From Hormoscilla sp. (GTDB lineage Bacteria; Cyanobacteriota; Cyanobacteriia; Cyanobacteriales; Desertifilaceae): a stretch of 48,133 bases of DNA. This document shows positions 39,217 to 48,133 of this stretch, piece after piece. The notes beneath the pieces are model-generated. The model did no database searches. It worked only from the letters and a program-made list of their open reading frames with translations, and was not told where the DNA came from. A program made the position numbers and the translations under genes. The DNA lies in contig JBFRWI010000147.1 in NCBI GenBank assembly GCA_051439505.1, positions 1-48,133 of the forward strand. The letters are read 5' to 3'. The stretch's first letter is position 1. The number at the start of each line of letters is the position of its first letter.

Positions 39217-40248
39217 TTGTCTAGAACATACCGAGTAGCAATTTTGGGAGCGACGGGTGCCGTGGGCACGGAGATCCTGGAATTATTGGCATCGCGAAAT
39301 TTTCCCCTTGCCGATCTGAAGCTGCTAGCTTCCCCGAGGAGTGCCGGTCGTACCATCAGATTTCAGAACAGGGACTGGCCAGTAGAGGCAGTGGCAGATG
39401 GGTGTTTCTCAGATGTGGATTTGGTGCTAGCCTCAGCAGGAGGTGCGATTTCGAGAACATGGGCGGGCCAAGCAGTAGCTGCTGGGGCGGTAGTGGTGGA
39501 TAACTCTAGTGCTTTCCGTATGGATCCGCAAGTGCCATTGGTAATTCCAGAAATTAACCCCCAAGCAGTCGCAAAACATCAGGGAATTATTGCCAACCCC
39601 AACTGTTCGACGATTTTGATGGCGGTGGCAGTCTGGCCTCTACATCAGGTGCAACCGGTGCAGCGCTTGGTGGTGGCTACCTACCAAGCGGCTAGCGGTG
39701 CCGGTGCGCGGGCGATGCAAGAGGTGAAAACTCAGGCCCAAGCGATATTGAATGGTGAAGAACCCACCGGGGAGGTGTTTCCCTATCCCTTGGCTTTTAA
39801 TTTGTTCCTGCATAATTCCCCCTTGAACGATCGGGGATATTGTGCGGAAGAAATGAAAATGGTCGAGGAGACGCGAAAGATTTTTGCGGTACCGGAGATG
39901 AGAATAGCAGCAACTTGCGTGCGGGTGCCTGTACTCCGGGCCCATTCGGAAGCGGTGAATCTGGAATTCGCCCAGCCTTTTGATGTCCAAGCGGCGCGGG
40001 AAATTATTAAAGCAGCACCAGGGGTGCGTCTGGTAGAAGATTGGCAGGCTAACTATTTCCCGATGCCGATGGAGGCGACGGGTAAAGATGAGGTATTGGT
40101 CGGTCGCATTCGTCAAGATATTTCTCACCCCTGTGGGTTGGATATGTGGCTGAGTGGCGACCAAATTCGGAAGGGGGCAGCTTTGAATGCGGTGCAAATT
40201 GCGGAGTTGTTGGTGGAACAAAATCTGCTAGGTACGAACGAGAACTAG
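39217..40248 (+). CDS. asd: Aspartate-semialdehyde dehydrogenase
   Basis: GATGAVG, ANPNCST, TYQAASGAG, CVRVPVLRAHSE and RKGAALNAVQIAE. TTG start follows AGGAGG. Confidence 0.97.
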   Translation: MSRTYRVAILGATGAVGTEILELLASRNFPLADLKLLASPRSAGRTIRFQNRDWPVEAVADGCFSDVDLVLASAGGAISRTWAGQAVAAGAVVVDNSSAFRMDPQVPLVIPEINPQAVAKHQGIIANPNCSTILMAVAVWPLHQVQPVQRLVVATYQAASGAGARAMQEVKTQAQAILNGEEPTGEVFPYPLAFNLFLHNSPLNDRGYCAEEMKMVEETRKIFAVPEMRIAATCVRVPVLRAHSEAVNLEFAQPFDVQAAREIIKAAPGVRLVEDWQANYFPMPMEATGKDEVLVGRIRQDISHPCGLDMWLSGDQIRKGAALNAVQIAELLVEQNLLGTNEN

Positions 40249-40287
40249 CAACGACGGCAAGAGGGAATTAGCGATGAGGAGTGAATT

Positions 40288-41184
40288 GTGAAAGATTTTG
40301 GACGAGTTATCACTGCTATGGTGACGCCTTTCGCAGCAGATGGCAAGGTGGATTACGCTGTTGCTGAAAAGCTGGCATCCTGGTTGGTGGAAAACGGATC
40401 GGATAGTTTGGTGATTTGCGGTACGACGGGTGAGTCTCCGACTTTAAGTTGGGATGAGGAACACGAGTTGTTTCAGGTGGTGCAGAAGGCAGTGGCAGGC
40501 AAGGGGTTGGTAATCGCTGGTACGGGCTCGAATTCGACTTCGGAGGCGATCGCGGCTACGGAAAAAGCGGCATCCCTAGGATTAGATGGTTCTTTGCAGG
40601 TGGTACCTTATTACAATAAGCCGCCTCAAGAGGGACTCTATCAGCATTTTCGGGCGATCGCAGATAGTTGCCCTTCCTTGCCGATGATGCTTTACAATAT
40701 TCCCGGTAGGACTGGGACGAATATGGAACCAGAGACGATCGCGCGTCTGGCGGAAATAGATAATATCGTAGCAATCAAGGAGGCGAGTGGTTCGTCCGAT
40801 CGGGTCAGTCAAATCAGAAGTATGACTGCGCCAGAATTTGAGATATACTCAGGGGATGATTCTCTGACTTTGCCCCTGTTAGCTGTGGGGGGGAAAGGGG
40901 TGGTCAGTGTTGCTTCCCATGTGGTGGGAAATCAGTTACAAGAGATGATTCAAGCTTTTGGGGCGGGTCAGACTCAAAAGGCGACTCAAATACATCTGCA
41001 ACTGTTTCCTTTATTCAAAGCTTTGTTTATCACGACGAACCCGATCCCCGTTAAGGCGGCACTCAGACTGCAAGGTTGGGAGGTAGGTTCGACTCGTCTT
41101 CCCCTTGCCGAACCGCCAGAACATGTCAATCAAACCATAAAAACTGTTCTAACTGAACGAAATTTACTAAGCGCAAGGTTTTGA
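40288..41184 (+). CDS. dapA: 4-hydroxy-tetrahydrodipicolinate synthase
   Basis: TAMVTPF, GTTGES, PYYNKP, YNIPGRT, IKEAS and SGDD. Confidence 0.97.
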   Translation: MKDFGRVITAMVTPFAADGKVDYAVAEKLASWLVENGSDSLVICGTTGESPTLSWDEEHELFQVVQKAVAGKGLVIAGTGSNSTSEAIAATEKAASLGLDGSLQVVPYYNKPPQEGLYQHFRAIADSCPSLPMMLYNIPGRTGTNMEPETIARLAEIDNIVAIKEASGSSDRVSQIRSMTAPEFEIYSGDDSLTLPLLAVGGKGVVSVASHVVGNQLQEMIQAFGAGQTQKATQIHLQLFPLFKALFITTNPIPVKAALRLQGWEVGSTRLPLAEPPEHVNQTIKTVLTERNLLSARF

Positions 41185-41204
41185 GTACAACTGAATAGTG
41201 GGAA

Positions 41205-41310
41205 TTGTTAGTTGAAAGTAGTCAGTTGCAAGCATTCAGTTGCAGGGAGTTAGTTGTAGGTAGTCAGTTGCAAGTAGTCAACTAACAACTAACAACTAAC
41301 AACTAACAAT
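41205..41310. repeat. Heptamer (STRR-like) repeats CTAACAA / TTGTTAG
   Basis: (AACTAAC)x4 at ~41280-41308, with complementary degenerate units upstream. Confidence 0.75.
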
Positions 41311-41391
41311 TCACAATTGTCATTAGTAATCAGCAAAAGACTAATGACACGGACTCCTAATGGCTTAAAGTTAATGAATGTCGAGGTGTTT

Positions 41392-43191
41392 ATGACTAAA
41401 AATGGATCGAAACCAAAACTGAAAATTATTCCCCTAGGAGGATTGCACGAAATCGGGAAAAATACCTGCGTGTTTGAGTTTAATGAGGAAATTATGCTGC
41501 TGGACGCCGGACTGGGTTTTCCGACTGAGGGAATGCATGGGGTCAATATTGTTTTGCCCGATATTAGCTATCTGCGAGAAAATCGTCACCGCATTCAGGG
41601 GATGATCGTTACTCACGGTCATGAAGACCATATCGGCGGTATTCCCTATCACCTACGAGAGTTTGATATTCCGGTGATTTACGGTCCTCGCTTGGCGATG
41701 GCCTTGCTGGAGTATAAACTGGCAGAGGCGGGAGTGGCCGATCGCACGGAGTTGAGAACGGTCGGACCCCGGGACATGGTGCGCATTGGCAAGCATTTTT
41801 TGGTGGAGTTTATTCGCAATACTCACTCAATGGCGGATAGCTTTACGGTGGCGATACATACCCCGATCGGCGTGGTGATTCATACGGGGGATTTTAAGAT
41901 CGATCATACGCCAGTAGATGGGGAATATTTTGATTTTCATAGGTTGGCAGAACATGGGGAACAGGGCGTTCTCTGCTTGATGAGTGATTCGACTAACTCG
42001 GAAGTATCGGGTTTCACTCCTAGTGAAAGTTCTGTTTATCCTAATCTGGATCGGGTGATTTCTCAAGCCCCCGGACGGGTGCTGGTAACGACTTTTGCTT
42101 CTTCGGTGCATCGGATTAATCTAATTTTGCAACTGGCCCAGAAGAATAACCGGTTGGTGTCGATCCTGGGACGATCGATGCTGAATGTGATTGCCCACGC
42201 TCGCAATTTGGGCTATATTAAGTGCCCGGAGAGTTTACTGCAACCTTTACATGCTATACGCAGTCTGCCCGACGATCAAGTCTTGATTCTGACTACGGGT
42301 TCTCAAGGGGAACCTCTGTCGGCCATGACTCGGATCGCGAATAAATCTCACCGACAAATTAAAATCCGTAAGGGAGATACGGTGGTATTCTCGGCGAACC
42401 CGATCCCGGGAAATACAATTTCGGTGGTGAACACGATTGATAAATTGATGAAGCTGGGTGCTAATGTAATATACGGGCGAGATAAAGGCATTCATGTTTC
42501 CGGTCATGGCTGTCAGGAAGACCAAAAGCTGATGCTGGGTCTGACTCGGCCTCAGTTTTTCTTGCCGATTCACGGCGAACACCGCATGTTGATTAAACAT
42601 GCCCAAACTGCTCAAAGTCTGGGCATTCCTGAAGAAAATATGGTCATAGTTGATAATGGAGATGTGGTAGAATTGTCGGCAGATTCGATCCGCATCGCTA
42701 GTAAGGTCTCTTCTGGCATTGTTTTGGTGGATAATGCGGGACTATTCCACGATCGCCTGCTCAAGGAACGCCAGCAGCTGGCAGAAGATGGGGTGGTCAC
42801 GATCGCTGCTACGATCGGTTGGGATGGTAAGTTGCTCGCTCAGCCTCAGTTACATCTGCGGGGTGTGGTCACTGACCTGGAAAGTAAGCATTTACAAGCT
42901 TCCGTGACTCAGTCGATGGAAACGATCTTGCGCGATCGCTTTTCGGAGTTCTCTTATTGCTTCGAGAATGGGGAAGTTGAAGTTGACTGGGAAAAACTCC
43001 AAGGTCAACTGGAGACGACATTGGGTAAGCTGGTGCGACGTTTGCTGCAAAGTAAGCCTATGCTGGTCTTATTGCTCCAAAAAGTAGATTTTCCGGATGT
43101 CCCTCCAACTTTGTCTACTGTTGTGGAAACTGACAGTCCAGTTAAGACTCGACGCACTCGTACCCGTCCTACTGCTAAAGTCGCTTCTTAG
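41392..43191 (+). CDS. rnj: Ribonuclease J
   Basis: PLGGLHEIGKN, THGHEDHIGG, HTGDFK, TGSQGEP, HVSGHG and PIHGE. ATG 41392 follows GAGGTG. Confidence 0.96.
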   Translation: MTKNGSKPKLKIIPLGGLHEIGKNTCVFEFNEEIMLLDAGLGFPTEGMHGVNIVLPDISYLRENRHRIQGMIVTHGHEDHIGGIPYHLREFDIPVIYGPRLAMALLEYKLAEAGVADRTELRTVGPRDMVRIGKHFLVEFIRNTHSMADSFTVAIHTPIGVVIHTGDFKIDHTPVDGEYFDFHRLAEHGEQGVLCLMSDSTNSEVSGFTPSESSVYPNLDRVISQAPGRVLVTTFASSVHRINLILQLAQKNNRLVSILGRSMLNVIAHARNLGYIKCPESLLQPLHAIRSLPDDQVLILTTGSQGEPLSAMTRIANKSHRQIKIRKGDTVVFSANPIPGNTISVVNTIDKLMKLGANVIYGRDKGIHVSGHGCQEDQKLMLGLTRPQFFLPIHGEHRMLIKHAQTAQSLGIPEENMVIVDNGDVVELSADSIRIASKVSSGIVLVDNAGLFHDRLLKERQQLAEDGVVTIAATIGWDGKLLAQPQLHLRGVVTDLESKHLQASVTQSMETILRDRFSEFSYCFENGEVEVDWEKLQGQLETTLGKLVRRLLQSKPMLVLLLQKVDFPDVPPTLSTVVETDSPVKTRRTRTRPTAKVAS

Positions 43192-43274
43192 CACCCTGGG
43201 AGTGTCCGAGAGCATGGTCTGTATTAATTTGACATCTTGCACCATTGTCAATTAATCAATATGTCTCCTGGCCC

Positions 43275-43324
43275 GCCGGGGGTTAAAACCCCCGGCTAAC
43301 AGCTTAAGTGGGTTAAAACCCACT
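43275..43324. repeat. Paired REP-like hairpins downstream of rnj
   Basis: GCCGGGGGTTAAAACCCCCGGC and AGTGGGTTAAAACCCACT. Confidence 0.7.
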
Positions 43325-43693
43325 GGAAACATTGTCTATAAAGCGTTTTACCCTCGTTAAGAGGCTCCGCCTGGGAACGAGTTTTCGAGGCGGAGCCTCC
43401 AGTGAATTAATGATACTTGACAAATTTATAATCTGTGCATAGCGCCGAAAATTAACATATTCTCTGTGTTTTGGGCTGATAAAATGCCTTCCTGCTCCGG
43501 TCCCCGATCGCAATTAGAAACTGAGATGCTTGACTCTAACAACCAATGGCCACGGCAGTGTCATTTTAGAGATGCACATTGCTCCCCCCGATCGCCAAAA
43601 AACATTTGTGGGATATGAGAAACCCGGTAACTCTTAACTTACCGGGTTTCTGGGAACTTGAGATGGTCAATTCATTGCGATATCGCCTCCTAA

Positions 43694-45544
43694 TTAGAAC
43701 CCGATATCGAAGGATTGCAGGTGGTCTATAATTGCAGCAGCAGTGGTACGGGTAGCATCTGGACCGAGTGCTCCATCAATTACAGCGTTGCCTCCAAAGC
43801 CAAACAGATAACGTATCATCATTATGCCGTCTGTCAGCGCATCTGCCATCCCATTGCCATCTACATCTAGCATTGTTGAGCGCGCCATATCTAAGTAGTT
43901 GGTAATCTCTAAGGCAGTAGTACGGGTTGCTCCTATACCAATTACATTGTTAATTAAAACGTCGCCCCGAAACTGGAAGAGATAACGTATTGCCGCAACA
44001 CCATCTGTCAAGGCATCTGTTTGCCCATTGCCGTCTATGTCGAGATTAATGGCATCGGGTGGGGAGTCGCTGTCATTGTCTGTAATGCTAGCAATCACAT
44101 TGGCTATCTGGATGGCATTGTAATTGGAGTCGGCGCTGCTAGCGGTGTGAGAAATCGTGCTGGTATGGGTTCCCTCTACCGCTGAGTCATCAACCGCTGT
44201 TACTGTCACGGTTTGCGGCGCATTCCAGTTATCGGGAGCGAAGGTAACGCTAGTAGGTGCGGTGGTAGATTGGTCGTCCGATGCAATGGAGATGATGACA
44301 TCAGCAGTGGGTTCGGCATCAAGCACCACCATGTAGTCATCTGTGGCACCGCCTTCTGTGATGTTGGTGCTGCCGCTGGATTGGGTAATGGTGACTCCAG
44401 ATAAATCAACTGAATCGCTGAACACAATTCTGCCATTATTGCGCTCTTCAAGCTCCAACGAATCATTATTCTCAGATAGACGCGATATTTCAACTATACT
44501 ATCTTGCCCATCAGCTAACACGCTGAGGGTACCATCCGAGATTGTCCTAAGATTCCTTAGTCTTAATTCACCACTGCTAACAGCCTGGATAAAGTTATCG
44601 CCATTGTATGTGGTCAATGGTAATGCGACAGTGCTGCCGTTGATTGTCAGGTCTACTTCTGTGAGACTGTCAAGATTGTCCGCTTGGATACTGCCCCCAT
44701 TAATAACTTCGATGACAGCAGGGGCAACGCTATTGGGAGTGTCATCTACAAAGCTAGTCAAGTCGGGGAGGTTAATGATGCTGCCAGTCCCCTCTGTTCT
44801 GATGGAACTACCGCTATTACTACTGCCGATAATAGTTTCGAGCCCATTAAGGGTTAATTCACCACCATTGTTGCTAATCAGATTAACTGCTGTGATGCTG
44901 TTGAGATTATCAGCTTGGATGGAACCTCCATTAATAGCTTCGATGACAGCCGGGACAACGCTATTGGGAGTGTCATCTACAAAGCTAATCGTACCTGAGA
45001 GGTTGATGACGCTGTTAGTTCCGTCAGCTTTAATAACTGTGCCACCAGTAATATTCTGGAGTCCACCGATGGTTAATACACCACCATTACTGACATTGAC
45101 CGAGTTATCGCCATTGTATGTTGTCAATGGTAATGTGACAGTGCTGCCGTTGATTGTCAGGTCTACTTCTGTGAGACTGTCGAGATTCTCCGCTTGGATA
45201 CTGCCCCCATTAATAGCTTCGATGACAGCCGGGACAACGCTATTGGGAGTGTCATCTACAAAGCTAGTCAAGTCGGGGAGGTTAATGCTGCTGCCAGTGC
45301 CATCCGCGCGGACTTCACTTCTGCCAGTAAAACTCTGAAGTCCATTTAGGGTTAATTCACCGCCATTTCGAGCAAATAAAGAGATCCTATCGACAGTAGG
45401 GTTACCGCCAGAAAAAGTGATAGTGGCGCTTGCACCAGATATATCGATAGTTGCGTTGTCACTCTCTGCTGGTACAGTTCCGCTACTCCAGTTAGCAGGA
45501 TTGTACCAGTCGCCACTCTCCGCAATCCAAGAAATGTTAGCCAT
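43694..45544 (-). CDS. Putative extracellular/surface protein: beta-solenoid-like repeats, Calx-beta/Ig-like domain and C-terminal paired Ca-binding (dockerin-like) motifs
   Basis: SGDWYNPANWSSGTVP start; three 'SFVDDTPNSV.PAVIE.INGGSIQA.NL' repeats; 'VTFAPDNWNAPQTVTVTAVDD'; LDIDGNGQTDALTDG and LDVDGNGMADALTDG. Confidence 0.8.
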   Translation of the reverse strand: MANISWIAESGDWYNPANWSSGTVPAESDNATIDISGASATITFSGGNPTVDRISLFARNGGELTLNGLQSFTGRSEVRADGTGSSINLPDLTSFVDDTPNSVVPAVIEAINGGSIQAENLDSLTEVDLTINGSTVTLPLTTYNGDNSVNVSNGGVLTIGGLQNITGGTVIKADGTNSVINLSGTISFVDDTPNSVVPAVIEAINGGSIQADNLNSITAVNLISNNGGELTLNGLETIIGSSNSGSSIRTEGTGSIINLPDLTSFVDDTPNSVAPAVIEVINGGSIQADNLDSLTEVDLTINGSTVALPLTTYNGDNFIQAVSSGELRLRNLRTISDGTLSVLADGQDSIVEISRLSENNDSLELEERNNGRIVFSDSVDLSGVTITQSSGSTNITEGGATDDYMVVLDAEPTADVIISIASDDQSTTAPTSVTFAPDNWNAPQTVTVTAVDDSAVEGTHTSTISHTASSADSNYNAIQIANVIASITDNDSDSPPDAINLDIDGNGQTDALTDGVAAIRYLFQFRGDVLINNVIGIGATRTTALEITNYLDMARSTMLDVDGNGMADALTDGIMMIRYLFGFGGNAVIDGALGPDATRTTAAAIIDHLQSFDIGF

Positions 45545-46331
45545 CTTACATCCTCTATTGACTTTTGACTTCAAGACAAACGATTAATTTGTCGCGCAGA
45601 TAACATCGGCATCTTTGGCTCAACCATCCTCGCCCGATCGCCTGTAGGCCAAGGAAGAACAATGTTTTTCCATCCGTCCACTAGCATAAATCTTTCGGCT
45701 AGTCTTGGGCAGAAAAGTTAAGTATCTTATGCAATTGTTTGCATGACTTTACGATTTTTTTACATAACTTCACCACTGGACAAGTTTTGCAATGAAGCAA
45801 TAGAGAGTCAAACTTGCAGACTCCATCCGCAAAATTGGAGAATTTATTTTTAGCAGTTCCCTTAGACCCTAAAAATGGGTTGTTTTCACAAAATGGCCTT
45901 TTTTGTTTTCTCCGATCGGAAGGGTCATTAATACCTTAAGGTTTGGCGCAACTGTGGCGCTTTATCCCTCAAGAAACCGAGTTTCTGCGGTGATATCCTG
46001 GGGGTATTTACTTAGAATAGTCTCGTCCAAACCCGGTTTGGAACCCTCGGGTGGGGGGTCGTCAGTTGCTTTTTCCGAGACTCCACCTAGGCGTGAGCCC
46101 ATCACAAACCATCATAAATTCCCTATCTACTGTCCCCTTTTTCCTCTCAAACGCGGTGTTGGTGCCGGTGGTTACGGGGGCGTGAGCCTCTTCTGCTGCT
46201 GCTGGCCATTGGTCTTTTTCCGAGACTACAGGCGGGCGATCGCCCATCACAATGCTATCTACTGTCCCCTTTTTCCCCTCAAAGGCGGGGTAGGTGCCGG
46301 TGGTCATCCGGGCGATCGCCCTTTCCGCTAT

Positions 46332-46485
46332 GAGAGAAGAACCTTTTCTCGGCGAGAAAAGATCCTTTCCTCGCCGAGAGAAGATCCTTTCCTCGCCGAG
46401 AGAAGATCCTTTCCTCGCCGAGAGAAGATCCTTTCCTCGCCGAGAAAAAATTTTTTCCGCTATGAGAAAAGAAATTTTTCCCTTG
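46332..46485. repeat. 22-bp tandem repeat (GAGAGAAGATCCTTTCCTCGCC), ~7 units with degenerate ends
   Basis: Exact units at 46376, 46398 and 46420; variants at 46332, 46354, 46442 and 46464. Confidence 0.9.
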
Positions 46486-46695
46486 AGGGAGCGGCTTTTT
46501 GTCATAATTGTCTATCCGAGGCGCAATGTTGATTACCTTTTATACCCCCTCACAGTTCGGCTCCGCTCACTGACCGCCCCCAATACTTCTCAGTATGCCG
46601 CGAAATTCGTCGGGGGGGGGAGTGGGGCACCGGACGGAGGGACGCACCGGACGCAGCCAAATTTTTAGAAGTATTTTTACTGAAGCCAATACCTC

Positions 46696-46874
46696 GGGTG
46701 TGGTCATAAACAGTTGATAGCGGGTACACAAATGTAACATGTATATAGCCCACGCAGGCGGTTGCCGCGCTGCGCTCGCAATGACATCGCTTTGTTCATG
46801 TAGCCGGACCCCTCGTTCCCACGGCTCTGCCTGGGAACGGGTTCGGCTCCTACCAACCGGTTTTGACCACACCC
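46696..46874. mobile_element. MITE-like element with GGGTGTGGTCA...TGACCACACCC ends
   Basis: GGGTGTGGTCATAAACAGTTG pairs with CAACCGGTTTTGACCACACCC. The same right end occurs at ~190-210 and ~669-689. Confidence 0.75.
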
Positions 46875-47021
46875 GGAAGTTGGGGGTTAAAATTTGTTAA
46901 GAAGTGACGGAATTGCGTAAAAATAGGGATGATTATTCTCTTAAAGGAAGATAGCATGAGGGAAAAAGGAGAGCAAGAGGAAAACCTCTTAACAATTAAA
47001 ATCGATCTCGAAGGCTTAATC

Positions 47022-47543
47022 ATGAACAAGATCCAATTGACAAATCCAGTTTTACTCCAGTTCCAATCGGGACAGATGCTGAGAATAGGGCCTCGCCAGG
47101 GGACTGGACTGATTCTATGTAAATCCCATCATGCGGAGTTGGCAGGATGGGGCGCGGCGGTAGGAGGGATAGCTGATTTGGATGTCCGCCAAGTGATTCC
47201 TATAGGAGAGTTTAGTTTGGATTATCCAGAATCTTACGAAGACAGAAAAAAAGCTTATCAAAGGCGCAGAAAGTGGTTCGAGGCCCTGATGAAAGTGACG
47301 AGTAACCCAGTGCCAATCAAACGCGCGATCGGGATTTTGTACTTACTGGAAAAATATTTTGGTCTGGCAAAAACGATAAATATCCCAGATGAAGTATTGG
47401 CGCAATTAGTGGGAGTATTGCCGAGAACAATGGCGATCGCCCGTCACAAAGGCCATTCTCAGTGGTCGAAGAAAGAGGAAAAAACTAATGCCAAGTCAAA
47501 GATAATTACAGTTACTGGCAGTGGTAAGGCAGTGAGAAGATAA
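47022..47543 (+). CDS. Conserved cyanobacterial hypothetical protein with a Crp-like C-terminal HTH
   Basis: GLIL...HAELAGWGAAVGG...AYQRRRKW...IPDEVLAQLVGVLPRTM. Start uncertain (46929, 46956 or 47022). Confidence 0.6.
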   Translation: MNKIQLTNPVLLQFQSGQMLRIGPRQGTGLILCKSHHAELAGWGAAVGGIADLDVRQVIPIGEFSLDYPESYEDRKKAYQRRRKWFEALMKVTSNPVPIKRAIGILYLLEKYFGLAKTINIPDEVLAQLVGVLPRTMAIARHKGHSQWSKKEEKTNAKSKIITVTGSGKAVRR

Positions 47544-47791
47544 GATTGTCCGAAATCGAGTAAATGGGGCGATCGACAACAGTGGGTGCATCTTAATTAG
47601 GTAAGCAACAAAAAATCAGGGATAATTGATAATTTAGGCAAGAATAAAAAATTAATCAAACCATTATCTACTAAAAAATAATTTTACAGACATCCCTTGT
47701 GTCTCAGGCAGGGTAGGGGAAGATAAACTGTCGTGCATTTTCAATGCACATGCTGTAATATTGTCATACAGGGTGAAACCCTTTAGCAATG

Positions 47792-47973
47792 GAGATCGGA
47801 GGATCTGAAAATCACCGCGCAGGACAGGCAGCCCTGTTGCGAGGAACTAAGCAATCTTGGACTAAGAACTGCGTAGAGTTGCGTATATGTATACGTAGTG
47901 CTGCGCAGCAGCTAGTGCGCCTAGCGCTGGCACGAAGCAAGTTCAAACTACAAACTACTATACCTCCGATCTC
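47792..47973. mobile_element. MITE-like element with GAGATCGGAGG / CCTCCGATCTC ends
   Basis: Perfect 11-bp inverted ends. The internal GCTGCGCAGCAGCTAG also occurs at ~33954. Confidence 0.5.
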
Positions 47974-48133
47974 AGAGATCGGACCCCGACTGGCAACCCC
48001 AGTAGCCCAGAAACCCGGTAGAGAGCGTCTGCAGGGTTTCTTTACATCGATCGGCTCGGAGACCGGGAGCATGAGGACTCGGAACCTGAAATTAAGCTAG
48101 TTCTGGAATCAAAGAGCTATAAAATGTTTGTAA

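Noticed and set aside
44343..45338. 331-aa + strand ORF
   Set aside because: It is the antisense shadow of the repetitive surface-protein gene.
45903..46668. ORFs of 209, 147 and 124 aa
   Set aside because: They run through a 22-bp (non-triplet) array and REP DNA, and all frames give the same cycling peptide, so they are probably non-coding.

Overview
A 48-kb chromosomal segment of a beta-cyanobacterium. The HIP1 octamer GCGATCGC is frequent, and the heptamer and REP-like repeats resemble those of filamentous Oscillatoriales-type genomes. Core content is a CO2-concentrating locus (bicA <- ndhF4 <- | -> ccmK2-ccmK1-ccmL-ccmM-ccmN-ccmO), pyk, an FHA-domain penicillin-binding protein with lspA-bioY-bioB, a membrane Ser/Thr kinase, and tig-clpP-clpX divergent from asd-dapA-rnj. 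Accessory content includes a TerB-like gene followed by an N-acyl amino acid synthase/LuxI-fold enzyme fused to a cNMP-binding domain, a SolA-type oxidase, an AAA_35-TM-IMS fusion protein and a repeat-rich surface protein. The ORF track misses three decayed toxin-antitoxin modules (HicB, DUF433/DUF5615, BrnT) and the 3' remnant of an IS607-type tnpB. Intergenic DNA is largely short inverted-repeat 'shells' enclosing shuffled REP-like modules, plus four spacer-less tandem arrays (17, 21, 31 and 22 bp). I saw no CRISPR array, rRNA or tRNA. All family assignments come from motif recognition by eye, not from database searches.
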